Positions 50,050 to 62,000 are shown, numbered from the stretch's first letter. The stretch: DNA of 64,000 nt from Schmidtea polychroa (GCA_044892525.1 CM097885.1:225060001-225124000); one strand, 5' to 3'. Made by a program: numbers and translations. The notes: generated from the sequence alone by a model not told the origin.

Positions 50050-52385
50050 ATTGACACGTTTCCTACTTATATTTCATTCATACTATCCCGTACCACCATG
50101 GTTGGATTAAAAGATTTTAGTACGGATCCTGGGAGTAAGATACCCTTAAGAGGTAGAATGATTCGTCGAACTCTTAATATCAAGGTATATTGTTACAAAA
50201 GGAAAATTCAAGACTTCGAATTTCAGTTTCGTCGGTTAACCTAAAACCACAAAAACGTATCCTGGTCGGCATTTGAGATTAATTCAGAAGGGTCCGAATA
50301 CTGTAATTGGCGCTTATGTGGTTTGGTTAGAATTTCGCTGATTCCCCAAGCAAGGTCACTATAATTAGTCAAATTGTGACCCCGATTATTATCCACAATA
50401 ATCACCAAACATTATTATTATTATTTAGACAAATTAATTGACAGTTTTCTAGCCATTGCCCGGTGTGACTATTCATGCTTCAGTTCGTGGTCGTTGATTG
50501 TATAGTGTAGCGCGTTGGCGATATGACTGTTGTTATTGGCAGTTGTCTCTACGAGTTGATAAGTTTTGTGTTGTTCCTCAGGCTAGTCGTTATCTAATGC
50601 GATCACGGGTTGTTGTTCACATCACTGAAATTGTAATTGAGTGACATATAGTGGATGACTCGATATCAGAAAATTGCTAGCCAGTGAGGTGACTTCTCAC
50701 GTATTTTCATGGGCAGATGACGTGTGCTAGATGCATAATGTTTAGCTATATGGGTAAGATTTGGTGGGATTATCAATTTGTCTATTCATGCGATGTCGGA
50801 GAATTTTACTGCTGTCTCACATTTGTCTATTTCCCGTCTCGTCTAAAAAGGTTGGAATCTATTATTATGAATCGAAAATTCTACAACTAGATATATTTAC
50901 TGATGGAATTCCCAGCTTTCCCAGGAGACGGCTACAAATTTCAGTGGAGGACATCCCGCATGGATCAATTGGAAAATATTAAACAGGTAACACCAAATTT
51001 GGTTTAATATGTGTCTAAAAATAAATTTTTTCTCGTAAATCTGATTTTTCGATTTAATTTGTTTCCTATAATTGCTATTCGACCGTTACATGTATTCACG
51101 TTGTATGAAATTGGAAAACTAAACTTCTCTCAAGTTTGTTGATAAAAATGAAGATTATAGTCCAGTCCTCGAAGTGCCACGGAGACTCGTCAGCGATGGA
51201 AATGAAGCGATTATTTAAAGTAATGCTACAACTCCAGAGGTGTAGCTAGTGGCAGTGCGAACGTCTTAGAAGAGGACGACTTGCATCGTAGAATCATTAT
51301 GGAAGTTCCCTCAGTCATTGTGAAGCATGTGGCTTAACTTTTTCCCACTTTCAGGGTACACCGTTTTGAACTAATATTCGTTAGTTTACTGGATTTTAAT
51401 GTCACCTTCAGCGATAGGACCCGTGAGGAAGCCCCCACATTCCGGCCCAATACAGCTGCGTGATTGAAGAACCTCATGTCCACCGGCTGAGCTCCCGAAG
51501 GCACCTCATACCATGACATGAAGTTCCTCAACTCCACGTTACTCATCAAATGAAAATTCAGAAAATATCTAATTCAAATAATAAAACATAGACATCTAGA
51601 TAAAAATTATTTATTAATTCTATAATACTCAAACATGAAAATTTCATTAAAACATTAAAAATTACTAAATATGGAATCAAATGAAGAGGTTAATAAAGAA
51701 TTTACTATAATTCAGCCTTCATAATTACTTTAAGGTATTAAAATTCTAAACAAAAGTTCGGCTTACCAATACACTAGATGCTGAGCTGAGTCAAAAATTC
51801 AAATCTAATGTTTCTGAAAATTAGGCTGTTCGCTGTGAATCTGAATAGTTCTCAAATGTTGTCTCGGTTCCTCGTAGCTTCTGTAAGTATTTGCTGTAGT
51901 TGGTAAGGTGTTGAAGTTAACTGTGATCTGTAAAATTTTCTGAGTAAACGGTCTCTATCAAAATCTCACTTACCTATAAAATTTTCTGAGTAAACGGTAA
52001 TCCTAATGATTTTGGTGCCGCTTTATATAGTGATTTTTATTTTATGCGGACCAATCAAAATCGAGTACCGCTTATTTCTATTAATTTAATATAATTTTCT
52101 TGTTTTTAGGTTGTTTTTTCTTATTTTCTTTATTTTTGATATGTTTTTCTATTTATTTCTTTAGTTTCCTTATTATTTATTAAATTCTTCCTTATTTATT
52201 TGTCAACTTGTTGTTCCATTTTAATCTTTTCTTAATTTTATTTTTTTTTGTTTTAATTCTTGTGTCTTAATTATTATTTTTCCTATATCTTATTTTATTT
52301 TATCTTTAATTTCGTTTATTTTATTTTTATTTTCCTTAATGTTCTACTTTCTTATTTTTTAACGATTAAGTTTTTGGACTCAGCC

Positions 52386-52390
<5 letters not shown>
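50050..52390 (-). mobile_element. LTR-like element E2: putative 5' LTR 52390-51857 (TGTTG...CAACA) plus decayed internal region
   Basis: Starts TGTTGGGCT next to a (TA)n run, then an A-rich tract, CCAAT, TATATAAA (52029-22) and a 25-bp direct repeat. Ends CGAGACAACA|TTTGA. Internal pieces are weakly integrase-like (SSTEICSRLLGKLGIPSV; VFGPF). Confidence 0.55.
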
Positions 52391-52424
<34 letters not shown>

Positions 52425-52769
52425 CTGAAAATATGTATAAATATATTTGTTATAGCTTTCGAAAAGTTTTGGGTGGACGTTGCTTACAATACAGCCAAGG
52501 TAACCATGGGTGCCAAAGCCTTGGTCACGGAATTTCGATTAATCAATTTGACATTGTTCCATTCTCACCATGTTATCAAAATGAGCACAGAGAAAGCACA
52601 TCAAGGAGAGCCAAATGATTGTACTGGATTTAAGAGTCACGTCACAAGAGTATACCATCTTAAAATTACTTTTCCACGTCCACGAGAGACTCGGGTTAAA
52701 GGCCATTTACAATGAACAAGAACTGTTTAAAATGTTTCAAATCCCCGACTTATACCATGAACCAAGCTA

Positions 52770-55302
52770 CAGTCTTCCACCGAATATAGTACGCGCGCTT
52801 TTTTGTTTTTTTAACGTTAAAACATTTTTATGTTTCTATATTATATATATATATATACATACGTATAATATTATTAGAAAATAGAAATCAAATGACTTGT
52901 GTTTATAGTGTACACGCAATATTAATTTCTCAATCAAAATGATTATGTAGAATAATCATACTCAATAAAAGTATGTATGTATATATGTATTGTAAACTAT
53001 TCAAAATAGAATTTTTGATTCAATTTAAAAACTTCACTTGTAAATTCAAAAATACAAATCTAAGTAGGCGTTGCTTAATTTTCGCGAAAATATAAAATAT
53101 GTAATTCTTTTGTTTACGTTTAGTTTCATTAGAAATTTGGTGACACATATATCTAAATATTTGTTCTAATTAGATCAGGTTTTGTTTAAAATAAAATTTC
53201 TTTAAATAAGTACATAACTTATAATTTATTAAAACACCATACGATGAGCAGCAATAAAACACTTTCAACCAGAAAAAATTATACAATCAAGAAAAAGGTT
53301 GATATATTAAATGAAATTAAACCAGGTGAACCAGGAAAGAGTTGTCGTGCAATTGCTAAACTACATGGAATTAATGAATCGGTATTACGTGGTTGGAAAA
53401 ACAAAAAAGAGAATCTTCTTAAGGCGGTAAGTGATGTAAATATTTGTACCCGTATATGCAGAAGATTAGCTGGTGATGGAAGGCAAATGGAATATGAAGA
53501 AATCGAAAACAAAGTTCTACAGTGGGTTTTGTTACGAAATAAGAAAGGAATCCGTGTAAAAGAAAAATATATTCAATTAAAAGCTTTGTCAGTTCGAAAT
53601 GATTTTATAGCACATGGCGGTAATGAAGAGTTAAACAAATTTCAAGCATCAGCCGGATGGGTTGACCGCTTCAAAAAGCGAAACAATTTAACTTCACGAC
53701 GATTTACCACTACAAAGAAGATTCCGGACAATGTAGATGAAATTTGTAGAAGTTTCATTCAGAATTTTCAAGGTTTCGTTGCGAAAATGAATGTAAAAAC
53801 TGAAAATATAATCAACTTCGATCAAGTCCCACGGTACTTTGAATGTGAGCCAAAAAGTACGATAACTTCAAAAGCTACGCGAGAAGTCTTTTTGCGTAAA
53901 TCGTCAACGTCGCACAAATGTTTTACTTTGACCTACGCAATTACTGGTGCAGGTAAGGTTTTAAAACCTCATCTACTCTTTTCAGGACTTGTTAATAAAC
54001 CTACTGTAGAACAGCGATGTTTAGTTGAGGTAAATCGTACAGGCATGTGGAACGAAAACATTTTAAAAAACTTCATTTCTGATGTAATTCTAACGAGAAG
54101 ACAAACAGCTTTCAGTAGAGAACCTGTTCTTATTTTGATGGACTCCTATGGTACACATGTTAAGTTTTTTGAATCAGAAAACGAGAAACAGAAATATGCG
54201 AAACATAACATTCATTTCATGCTAATACCACCAAATATGGCCGGATTGCTGCAACCAGAGGATGTCTCACTTAATAGAAGTTTCCAGCAACATTATTCTA
54301 CAAATTATGATAAATATCTTGCAGATGCCTTAAAAGATGATAATTCCACATTACGAACAAAGGCCGGAAATATTAAATCACCTAATTATTCTATCGTTTC
54401 CAAGTGGATTCTAGAATGGATCGACTCTTTGTCCAACGAAACTGTGCAAAAAGCTTTTAAAGTTTGCGGACTGGTACCAAAGGATAAATTCGACATTCAT
54501 AACTTGCATGAGCCATTAAGAAAATTTTTCGATGATTCAACATTTAAATTTGAAGAGTGGGAATCAAGTTATGGACAGATTTTGAAACAAAACAATAATT
54601 TTTTCTTGAATAATGATTCTGAATGGCACTGGCCTCTTGACATCCGCACGAGTTTTTTTCATTGTATTTGGAAAGCAAGTAATGAAACTGAAAGTGATTT
54701 CGAAAGTTGGCTTCCTAAATTTACTCGTAAAGTTTTTAAATTTATTGACAAATATGCCGTCTGCAAAGAATTGCTGGATGATTCTGAAAGAAACTGTCTT
54801 CAAAATGGTGAATATACTGGAACCAATATTGAAATTTTTTCAGTTTCTATTATAAATAATTGGAAAATTCAAGTCACAACTTTAGATGAGGAAGCATGTG
54901 AAGTGTCGAGCTTTATTTATGGGTCTAACTCAACAGTAAAAAATATTCATATTATTAAGCACAAGGACTTTTTCGGCTTACAATTATAAATTTTAATTAC
55001 CTTTTTTTAATTTATGAATTTTAATTTAATTTTATTTTATTTTGAATTGATTTTGATTTTATTTAATTAAATGAACTGATTTGAACTATGTGATATTATT
55101 TGAACTAAGAATTAATAATAAAATTACAAAATAAAAGTATGAAACTTTTATTATTTAACTCTAAAATTGAATTTCGAATATAGTACGTGCGTGTTATATT
55201 TGAGTGCGCATTTAATTTGAAAAAAACTAAAATATTTCAAATATAAAATAATTTCAGAAAACTCGAATATAACGCGCGCGTACTATATTCGGTGGAAGAC
55301 TG
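52770..55302 (+). mobile_element. Intact-looking pogo/Tigger-type DNA transposon, 2533 bp
   Basis: Perfect 29-bp TIRs CAGTCTTCCACCGAATATAGTACGCGCGC; TA TSDs at 52768-69 and 55303-04; one uninterrupted ORF. Confidence 0.95.
53244..54989 (+). CDS. pogo-family transposase (psq/CENP-B HTH plus DDE_1) with a C-terminal extension of about 120 aa
   Basis: RKNYTIKKKVDIL HTH, FQASAGWVDRFKKR, catalytic NFDQVP / LMDSYGTH / LLQPEDVSLN; 581 aa. Confidence 0.93.
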   Translation: MSSNKTLSTRKNYTIKKKVDILNEIKPGEPGKSCRAIAKLHGINESVLRGWKNKKENLLKAVSDVNICTRICRRLAGDGRQMEYEEIENKVLQWVLLRNKKGIRVKEKYIQLKALSVRNDFIAHGGNEELNKFQASAGWVDRFKKRNNLTSRRFTTTKKIPDNVDEICRSFIQNFQGFVAKMNVKTENIINFDQVPRYFECEPKSTITSKATREVFLRKSSTSHKCFTLTYAITGAGKVLKPHLLFSGLVNKPTVEQRCLVEVNRTGMWNENILKNFISDVILTRRQTAFSREPVLILMDSYGTHVKFFESENEKQKYAKHNIHFMLIPPNMAGLLQPEDVSLNRSFQQHYSTNYDKYLADALKDDNSTLRTKAGNIKSPNYSIVSKWILEWIDSLSNETVQKAFKVCGLVPKDKFDIHNLHEPLRKFFDDSTFKFEEWESSYGQILKQNNNFFLNNDSEWHWPLDIRTSFFHCIWKASNETESDFESWLPKFTRKVFKFIDKYAVCKELLDDSERNCLQNGEYTGTNIEIFSVSIINNWKIQVTTLDEEACEVSSFIYGSNSTVKNIHIIKHKDFFGLQL

Positions 55303-55817
55303 TAGTTGTTCCTCCATAGCAAAGACGTTTGTCAAAAACGCACGGGAAAGAACGAGTAGAAACGATTTATCCGTTAAATGACTACTACTAGCTAGAACAA
55401 ACAATGAAGTTTCTCCATCAATTGGACATGTTGAGGTCAGTATATTAAAATAAATTTAAATAAAATGTAGGTCAAATGAAAAATAGAAGTGTGGTCATGC
55501 ACATAATTGATAGCAAAGGAGATTATGATGGAAACAATATTAGGAAATAGCAAAAGCAGTTACGAAAGGCAAAAATCCTAGAACCCAGAAAATCAATAAA
55601 TTGTAAATTTATCGAAATTGAATCGGAAAAACGGGACAGGTATAGATTAGGTAATGGTCAACAAGATGGTGATTAGAGATTAGTTTTAGAGAATAGTTTT
55701 AATATAATAACATGCATGAGTTAGAATGTGATATCTTTTACGGTTATTCCATGAGCACAAAGGTGCGCAAGGGCATTAAAAGTTCAAGTAATGGTTCGTT
55801 TGCCGATGGTCACCCAC

Positions 55818-56098
55818 GGTTCTGGGACAAAATGTCACCGGACAAAATGTCGCAGACAAAATGTCGCGGACAAAATGTCGTGGACAAAATGTCGTCGACA
55901 AAATAGCGTGGACAAAATATACATACTCAGAGTTTATTCGACAAAATATTTTGTCCCCCTATGGGTATTGGTCGCAAAGGTACTGATCACACTCAACATT
56001 TATACCATGATATTTTGTCCATGACATTTTGACACGACATTTTGTCCACGACAGTTTGTTCACGACATTTTGTCCACATAACATTTTGTCCGGCCACC
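55818..56098. mobile_element. Mutator-like foldback MITE, 281 bp
   Basis: Perfect 9-bp TSD GTCACCCAC (55809-17 and 56099-107); inverted arrays of a roughly 15-bp GGACAAAATGTCG unit; GGT termini. Confidence 0.85.
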
Positions 56099-56175
56099 GT
56101 CACCCACTAACGCATAGGGTCAATGCCACTTTCAATGGGTGCACTGTGGCAAAGGAACATTATAATACATTACGG

Positions 56176-57193
56176 CAGCGGTTTCCAATCTTTATGCTAC
56201 CGCGCCTCACCCATAAAGAATTTTCTTGGCGCCTCCCAATCTTTTTTTTAATATATATAATAAGATAAACACGTTTTAAACAATAATAACTTTATTACAA
56301 AAAAAATTAAAACTGCAATTAACAGAATAAAAACAAGGTTTTGTTATAACATACGAACATGTATATTATTTGTATATTAAATTACTAATTAACACTGCGT
56401 CGGTAGCGCCCATTTTTCTTACATCGTTGGTCGCGTGGGGTCTTTAAAGGCCCGGAGCTTAGAAAAATCGACATAAAATTTTAATTATTTGAGTTACAGG
56501 TTTGTGTGTCTCAGTAGCTGCCTAAATAATAAGTACGCACTTTGCAATATATGCGCGGCTGAGTTTTCGCACGACGCCTGAGTAGAGCAGATTTTTGTTG
56601 GCGCGCGGGCTTGTAATGACCCCACACGACTGATTACGTATTTTTTTTGCTTGAAAAAATTTATAAAACCTAGAAAAAATATCTCAAAACATTAGATTTT
56701 TCTCTTTTTGATGAGTACCTAAAATATAGAAGTACTATACAAACTCTCACACGAACACAACGCCGACATATTATGCACTTCATAGTAACAATATTTTACT
56801 AGAACAATCTCAAAATGAAGTTCGACCAGCCATAAAAAGATGTATACATTGCCCTCGAAATCTTGACAGAAAATATTCAACAGTATGCGTTTCATGCGGT
56901 AAAATATATGCCCTAGACACGCGGCGTCAATTTGTGTAAGCTGTTCGGAAGATCAAAATGTAGAGTGATTTTTTATATTTTTATATATGTATAGTTATAA
57001 GTATCTTGATGTTTAAAAATAAAGAATGCATGGAATTCGATATTTCTTGTTATTGTGTAAAACAGTTTAAATTTTGTTATTTTTTATTTGGTAATTTTAA
57101 ACTCGAAGTGCTAAAAATGACGAAATAATAATTATGGTATGATAATTATTTTTTACCCAAAAGTTTTGGCGCCTAGCGGGTTGGAAACCGCTG
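56176..57193. mobile_element. hAT (Buster/Charlie) non-autonomous element, 1018 bp, carrying piggyBac-derived sequence
   Basis: TIR CAGCGGTTTCCAA / TTGGAAACCGCTG; perfect TSD CATTACGG (56168-75 and 57194-201). Confidence 0.9.
56838..56968 (+). pseudogene. piggyBac transposase C-terminal cysteine-rich domain fragment
   Basis: RCIHCPRNLDRKYSTVCVSCGK-x-ICPRHAASICVSCSEDQNVE* after correcting one 1-nt deletion; matches the CxxC..CxxC..CxxH..CxxC pattern of the piggyBac C-terminus. Confidence 0.7.
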
Positions 57194-57843
57194 CATTACG
57201 GTGAGGAGATTAGGACGTGGAAAAGTTTGTATTTCGCAGTAGATTTCTCCATTACCGTATACTGTACATATAATAATAATTCAAAGATATATATTTCGTT
57301 TGTTATATGGATAATTTATTATCGATATGCGAACCTAGTGGATACCAAGATTAGCGATTTGGGTCTCACAACAAACCTTTGCGTTATTACCAGGACACGG
57401 ATGCAGTACCAACGTCAGATCCTGATGGATATTTGTTGTTACATTAATATATATATGCCGGGTTGTTCGATAAAGTTAACTGAGATCACGCTAGAATTTC
57501 AAAAATCCAATTTCTTATTTTTGAATTACATTTTTTATTTGGGGGTTTCCAATATTTTTCTTATTTCTAATTGAAATATTTTTATTATCATAATTTATCG
57601 TTTAATAGTTTATTTAAATTTAGTAATTATGGTGTCCTTTTAAACATGATTTAAATTTAATTGTTATGTTTTGGATATTATTTATACACTGATTATAATA
57701 AGAATGCATTGCCGTTTAATATTTCTCTGAGAATACTCGAACGTGTTTAGTACTCTATTTCTTACCTATTTTATAATTTAATGATTTATAATATATTTAA
57801 AATTACATATATTTGCTTAATTTTGTTTTAAAAATATTTAAAA

Positions 57844-58753
57844 ATGAGTGATGATTTAAATATATTTTTTTGTATAGAAACATTTAAAGAGCATCATATT
57901 CCAGAGCATTTAAAAGTATCGAATTTAAATATTGTAAATTTTAATTTTGATAGAATGGTGGATGTAGGAGTGTAGCCGATTTTGAAAAAGTTGAAAGAAT
58001 AGGAGAAGGTACCTATGGAATAGTTTGTTCGTTTTAATAAAAATAAAAACAATTTAAAATTTTTAATTAGACAGTGGTATTGATATAGCAACCAAAGATT
58101 TATATGCTCTTAAAAAAATTAAAATGGATGGAGAAAAAGATGGAATTTCTTTTAGTACATTAAGAGAAATAAATATACTTTTAAATATTAAACACGATAA
58201 TGTTGTTAATCTTCGAGAAGTTGTAGTTGGTCGAAATCTGAACGAGTATATGAATGGAGTTTTAATAATTGTAATTTAAGATATTCTAGTATGTATCTTG
58301 TTATGGATTATTGTGAACAAGATTTAGCCACATTAATCGACAACATGATTGTTCCATTTGCTGAACCACAAGTAAACAGTATTTTTAAAAGCATTTTGGT
58401 TCAATAATTTACAGATTAAATGCATTCTAATGCAATTTTTTGAAGGAGTTCATTTTTTGCACAAATCATCTATAGTTCATCGAGATTTAAAAGTTTCAAA
58501 TATGCTGATAAATAAAGATGGAATTATTAAAATTGGTAAATGAAATTTAATTGTCTTTTTATATAATAGTTATATTTATAGCCGATTTTGGAATGGCCAG
58601 ATTGTTTTCTAATAATATTACAAAAATGACCACTAAAGTCGTTACAATTTGGTAAGATAATATGAAAATTTATTATTCATAAATTTCAATTAGGTACCGA
58701 CCACCGGAAGTATTATTTGGAATAGATATCCAAACTTTTAATACGGATATGTG
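57844..58753 (+). CDS. CDK10: Cyclin-dependent kinase 10, 5' seven exons: 57844-57915, 57954-58026, 58071-58245, 58290-58371, 58415-58535, 58582-58651, 58694-58753. Remaining exons not found in the window
   Basis: [108 protein letters not shown] introns of 38, 44, 44, 43, 46 and 42 bp. Confidence 0.92.
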
Positions 58754-59263
58754 GTAATGAAATATTTAACATTTTTTATATTCGATTTATAGTTTTCATT
58801 TATTTAAATAACTAAATTTATAACGCTATTAACAATTCAATTAAAATTTTTAATAAATAACAGGTTATTTGAATCCTCAAGTAAGTTCTCTTGTTTCACA
58901 AACTATTTTGTTAAATATAAAGACAGTTCGAGTCCATAGGTTTCTATTCAGGCCATAACACTCATTTCCAAAGGCAAACGGAACAATTATATCACCAAAG
59001 ACCACACTAGTTGAAGTGCAATTGGCCACTTTAAGCGCTTTTTAGCCTTAAATGCTGCTCGTTAAATTTGGAGTACGAGTTCACCAACATTCATCCTTGA
59101 CTATTTTCACAATTGCAATATGATCGGGTGCTTCACCATAGCCAAATCAAAACCGTTTCTATGAATCTGTATATTTTCTCCATATTGCGTCATCATGCAC
59201 CATTTCATTTTTTGAGAGAATATTTCAAAACCTTAAAAAATCAATCAGGATTTCCGATAAATG

Positions 59264-59297
<34 letters not shown>

Positions 59298-59884
59298 AAG
59301 TCATTTTTGAATGCCCACTTGCTGCATCGATACATTTTGTACCATTTCTTTATGCTTGCGTACAGACGAGCTTCTCAACCTCCTTGCCATCTGTTTGACA
59401 AGTTATGTAACTGTTTATAATGAGCTCAATTCCATTAGATCTCAAACAGCCTATGACGAGTCTTTATAATTGGATACAGCAGCGGTGCCCAAATAACATT
59501 TTGTGACCCTCCTGACTCGTAAATATGGGAAAATGAGCTGAATACAAATAGTGCCATATTTTGTTTTCATTTAACCGTTAACCTTATTCTACCGGCTGCA
59601 GCGGCCATGTCCACTTTAACCTAGCTATATCTTTTCTTAGAATTAACAACCATTAAAAAGGGCTTATGTAATCTCCTAGTTCTTTAAATCGATGTGAAAC
59701 TTCTCGGAAAAAATATTTTACGACTTTCACGTGGTTATAAAAACTCCGTCATCCATTCGCTAACTGCGGCCGACGAGAATTAGTTAACTAAAATGATTTA
59801 TGATAAATGCCTGAATCAATAAAAAAAGAATTGAAAATGATATAGTTTTATTTTGTGTATAAATAAATTAATTAATAAATAAAT

Positions 59885-60122
59885 CAGTGGTGGCCAACCC
59901 AAATCAATCGAAGGGCCAAATTTTCGGAAAAATACTATCACGGGCCACAATAAATTCATTTAAATAAATATTACTCGTTTTTACGATTCAAGTAAACTTA
60001 GAATCAATTTTTTAAATTAAAAACATGCTTAATTCGAATATGAATTCTAAAAAAGACAATTATTGATTTGATGTTTAAAATTGTGTCCGAGCCACATCAA
60101 AACGCTTCGCGGGCCATGGCTG
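59885..60122. mobile_element. Small hAT-type MITE
   Basis: CAGTGGTGGCCAACC left end, ...GGGCCATGGCTG right end, flanks AAATAAAT / AAATAAAA. Confidence 0.5.
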
Positions 60123-60202
60123 AAATAAAATATAAGTAATAAATCTAAATATCATAATTGATAGTTGTATTACATTTCTATTACTATTCTAAGCCGCTAG
60201 AC

Positions 60203-61737
60203 CAGTGGTTCCCAAAGTAGGCGCTACCGCCCCCTGCTGGGCGCTGCAGCGATCCAGGGGGCAGTGATGGTTACATGTGCATTTTAGGGCGATGAATAGC
60301 TGTAAGTGGGCGGTGAAAGTATAAAAGTAAGTCAATAAAATTGCGTTGAGGTATTCATGTACAATCCCGCACCGCTACTGTTCATAGGATGCTATTGAAT
60401 TGCGAGCGTAATATAACTGTAAGTTAGATTGTTGTGATATTGTCACTAGTTAAAGTTAACTTACTAAATTGGTAGCAGCATATCAGATTCATCCTTCTCA
60501 TTAAGATGATTTCGGACTTTTTCTTTTTTTGTATTATACTAGTTTTTCAATAACAAATTCAATAAAAAGTTTCATTATTTGTAATTTACAACTTTCTTTA
60601 CTATATTTTACGAAAAGGGTGGAAACATTAATACATATAAGTTGTGTGATGGTTTAGTAGACTTAAGAGGCAAAAGTAAGTCAATAAAATTGCGTTGAGG
60701 TATTCATGTACAATCCCGCACCGCTACTGTTCATAGGATGCTATTGAATTGCGAGCGTAATATAACTGTAAGTTAGATTGTTGTGATATTGTCACTAGTT
60801 AAAGTTAACTAACAGATAGTGCGTCTATAATTGGTAAGTATTATTTATGTCGCGGAAATGCGATTTTTGTTTTCTTCTATTTGTGTTACTCTGTTGAGCA
60901 TAAAGATGCTGTTTTTGAGTTGACTATTAAATTAGCGATACACAATTTACACATAACCGTTAGTTAAAATAAATAAAGGCAATTAAAATAAAGTTAAATT
61001 AGTTTAAAATACAAATTGTTAGTAAAATTCTGGTTGCAAAAGGAGATTCCTTCTGCGTATTCTGAAATATGGGCTTTAATTCAAAAGTTCTTAATTGCAT
61101 TTCATTCATCATATTTGGTGAAACGCGCATTTAGTGCGGTAACAAATTTATTAACCAAAAAAGAAACCAATTGGAAATAGTCAGGCGCGGTGATTTAAGG
61201 ATTGCTGCTGACAAAAATAGAGCCGAGGATTACTAAATTGGTAGCAGCATATCAGATTCATCCTTCTCATTAAGATGATTTCGGACTTTTCCTTTTTTTG
61301 TATTATACTAGTTTTTCAATAACAAATTCAATAAAAAGTTTCATTATTTGTAATTTACAACTTTCTTTACTATATTTTACGAAAAGGGTGGAAACATTAA
61401 TACATATAAGTTGTGTGATGGTTTAGTAGACTTAAGGGGCTTCTTCATAAAACTCTGTACTTTGTTTAAAATTTATCTCTTTATATACTTTTTCTCCTCT
61501 CCTTTCTAACCTCCTTTTTTACTATTCACTAATTTCCTTATTAGTACTATCATTACCTATCTTGATCATCACTTTCCATATTTGTTAATTATTCCCCATC
61601 TGAAAATCACTTTCCTTTTCTGATTAATCAGATTCTTTTAGTATATATTTCTGCTTAAATGCTATTAAAATAGGGGCGCTGATTAATATTTTTTTGTGGA
61701 AAGGGGGAGGTTGATCAAATAAATTTGGGAACTACTG
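60203..61737 (+). mobile_element. hAT (Buster) deletion derivative with an internal duplication
   Basis: TIR CAGTGGTTCCCAAA / TTTGGGAACTACTG; TSD CGCTAGAC / CTCTAGAC; transposase tail SSYLVKRAFSAVTNLLTKK..RRGDLR..TKIEPRITKL..YQIHPSH* at about 61110-61272. Confidence 0.85.
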
Positions 61738-61863
61738 CTCTAGACTGACAAAACAGTAGTATGAGGTTAACGGTTAATGCATTTATTTAACAAAAATAAC
61801 AACTATGATTCAGGTAATTATTATTGGGTAATCATTATAAATGTTTTTGCTAAGAAATAATTA

Positions 61864-62000
61864 AATTGATTATTAAATTATAGAATTGATTATTAAATTA
61901 TAGAATTGATTATTAAATTATAGAATTGATTATTAAATTATCAAATTGATCATTAAATTACCAAATTGATCATTAAATTATCAAATTGATCATTAAATTA
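61864..62000. repeat. 20-bp minisatellite, about 7 units
   Basis: AATTGATTATTAAATTATAG / AATTGATCATTAAATTATCA units in tandem. Confidence 0.9.

Noticed and set aside
55826-56090. Array of roughly 15-bp GGACAAAATGTCG repeats resembling a CRISPR array
   Set aside because: There are no unique spacers, the arrays are inverted about a centre, and a 9-bp TSD bounds them. This is a Mutator-like foldback element in a eukaryotic context with no cas genes.
55700-56160. GC-richer host sequence around the Mutator MITE as an rRNA or ncRNA
   Set aside because: Only a short GCCGATGGT resemblance; no extended match or fold to 5S, tRNA or snRNA.
58280-58290. Alternative CDK10 acceptor at 58280, giving a 35-bp intron
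   Set aside because: It is in frame but adds three residues. The 58289 acceptor gives an ungapped match to CDK10 ([14 protein letters not shown]).
61864-62000. 20-bp periodic repeat as CRISPR or iteron
   Set aside because: Head-to-tail minisatellite with no spacers.
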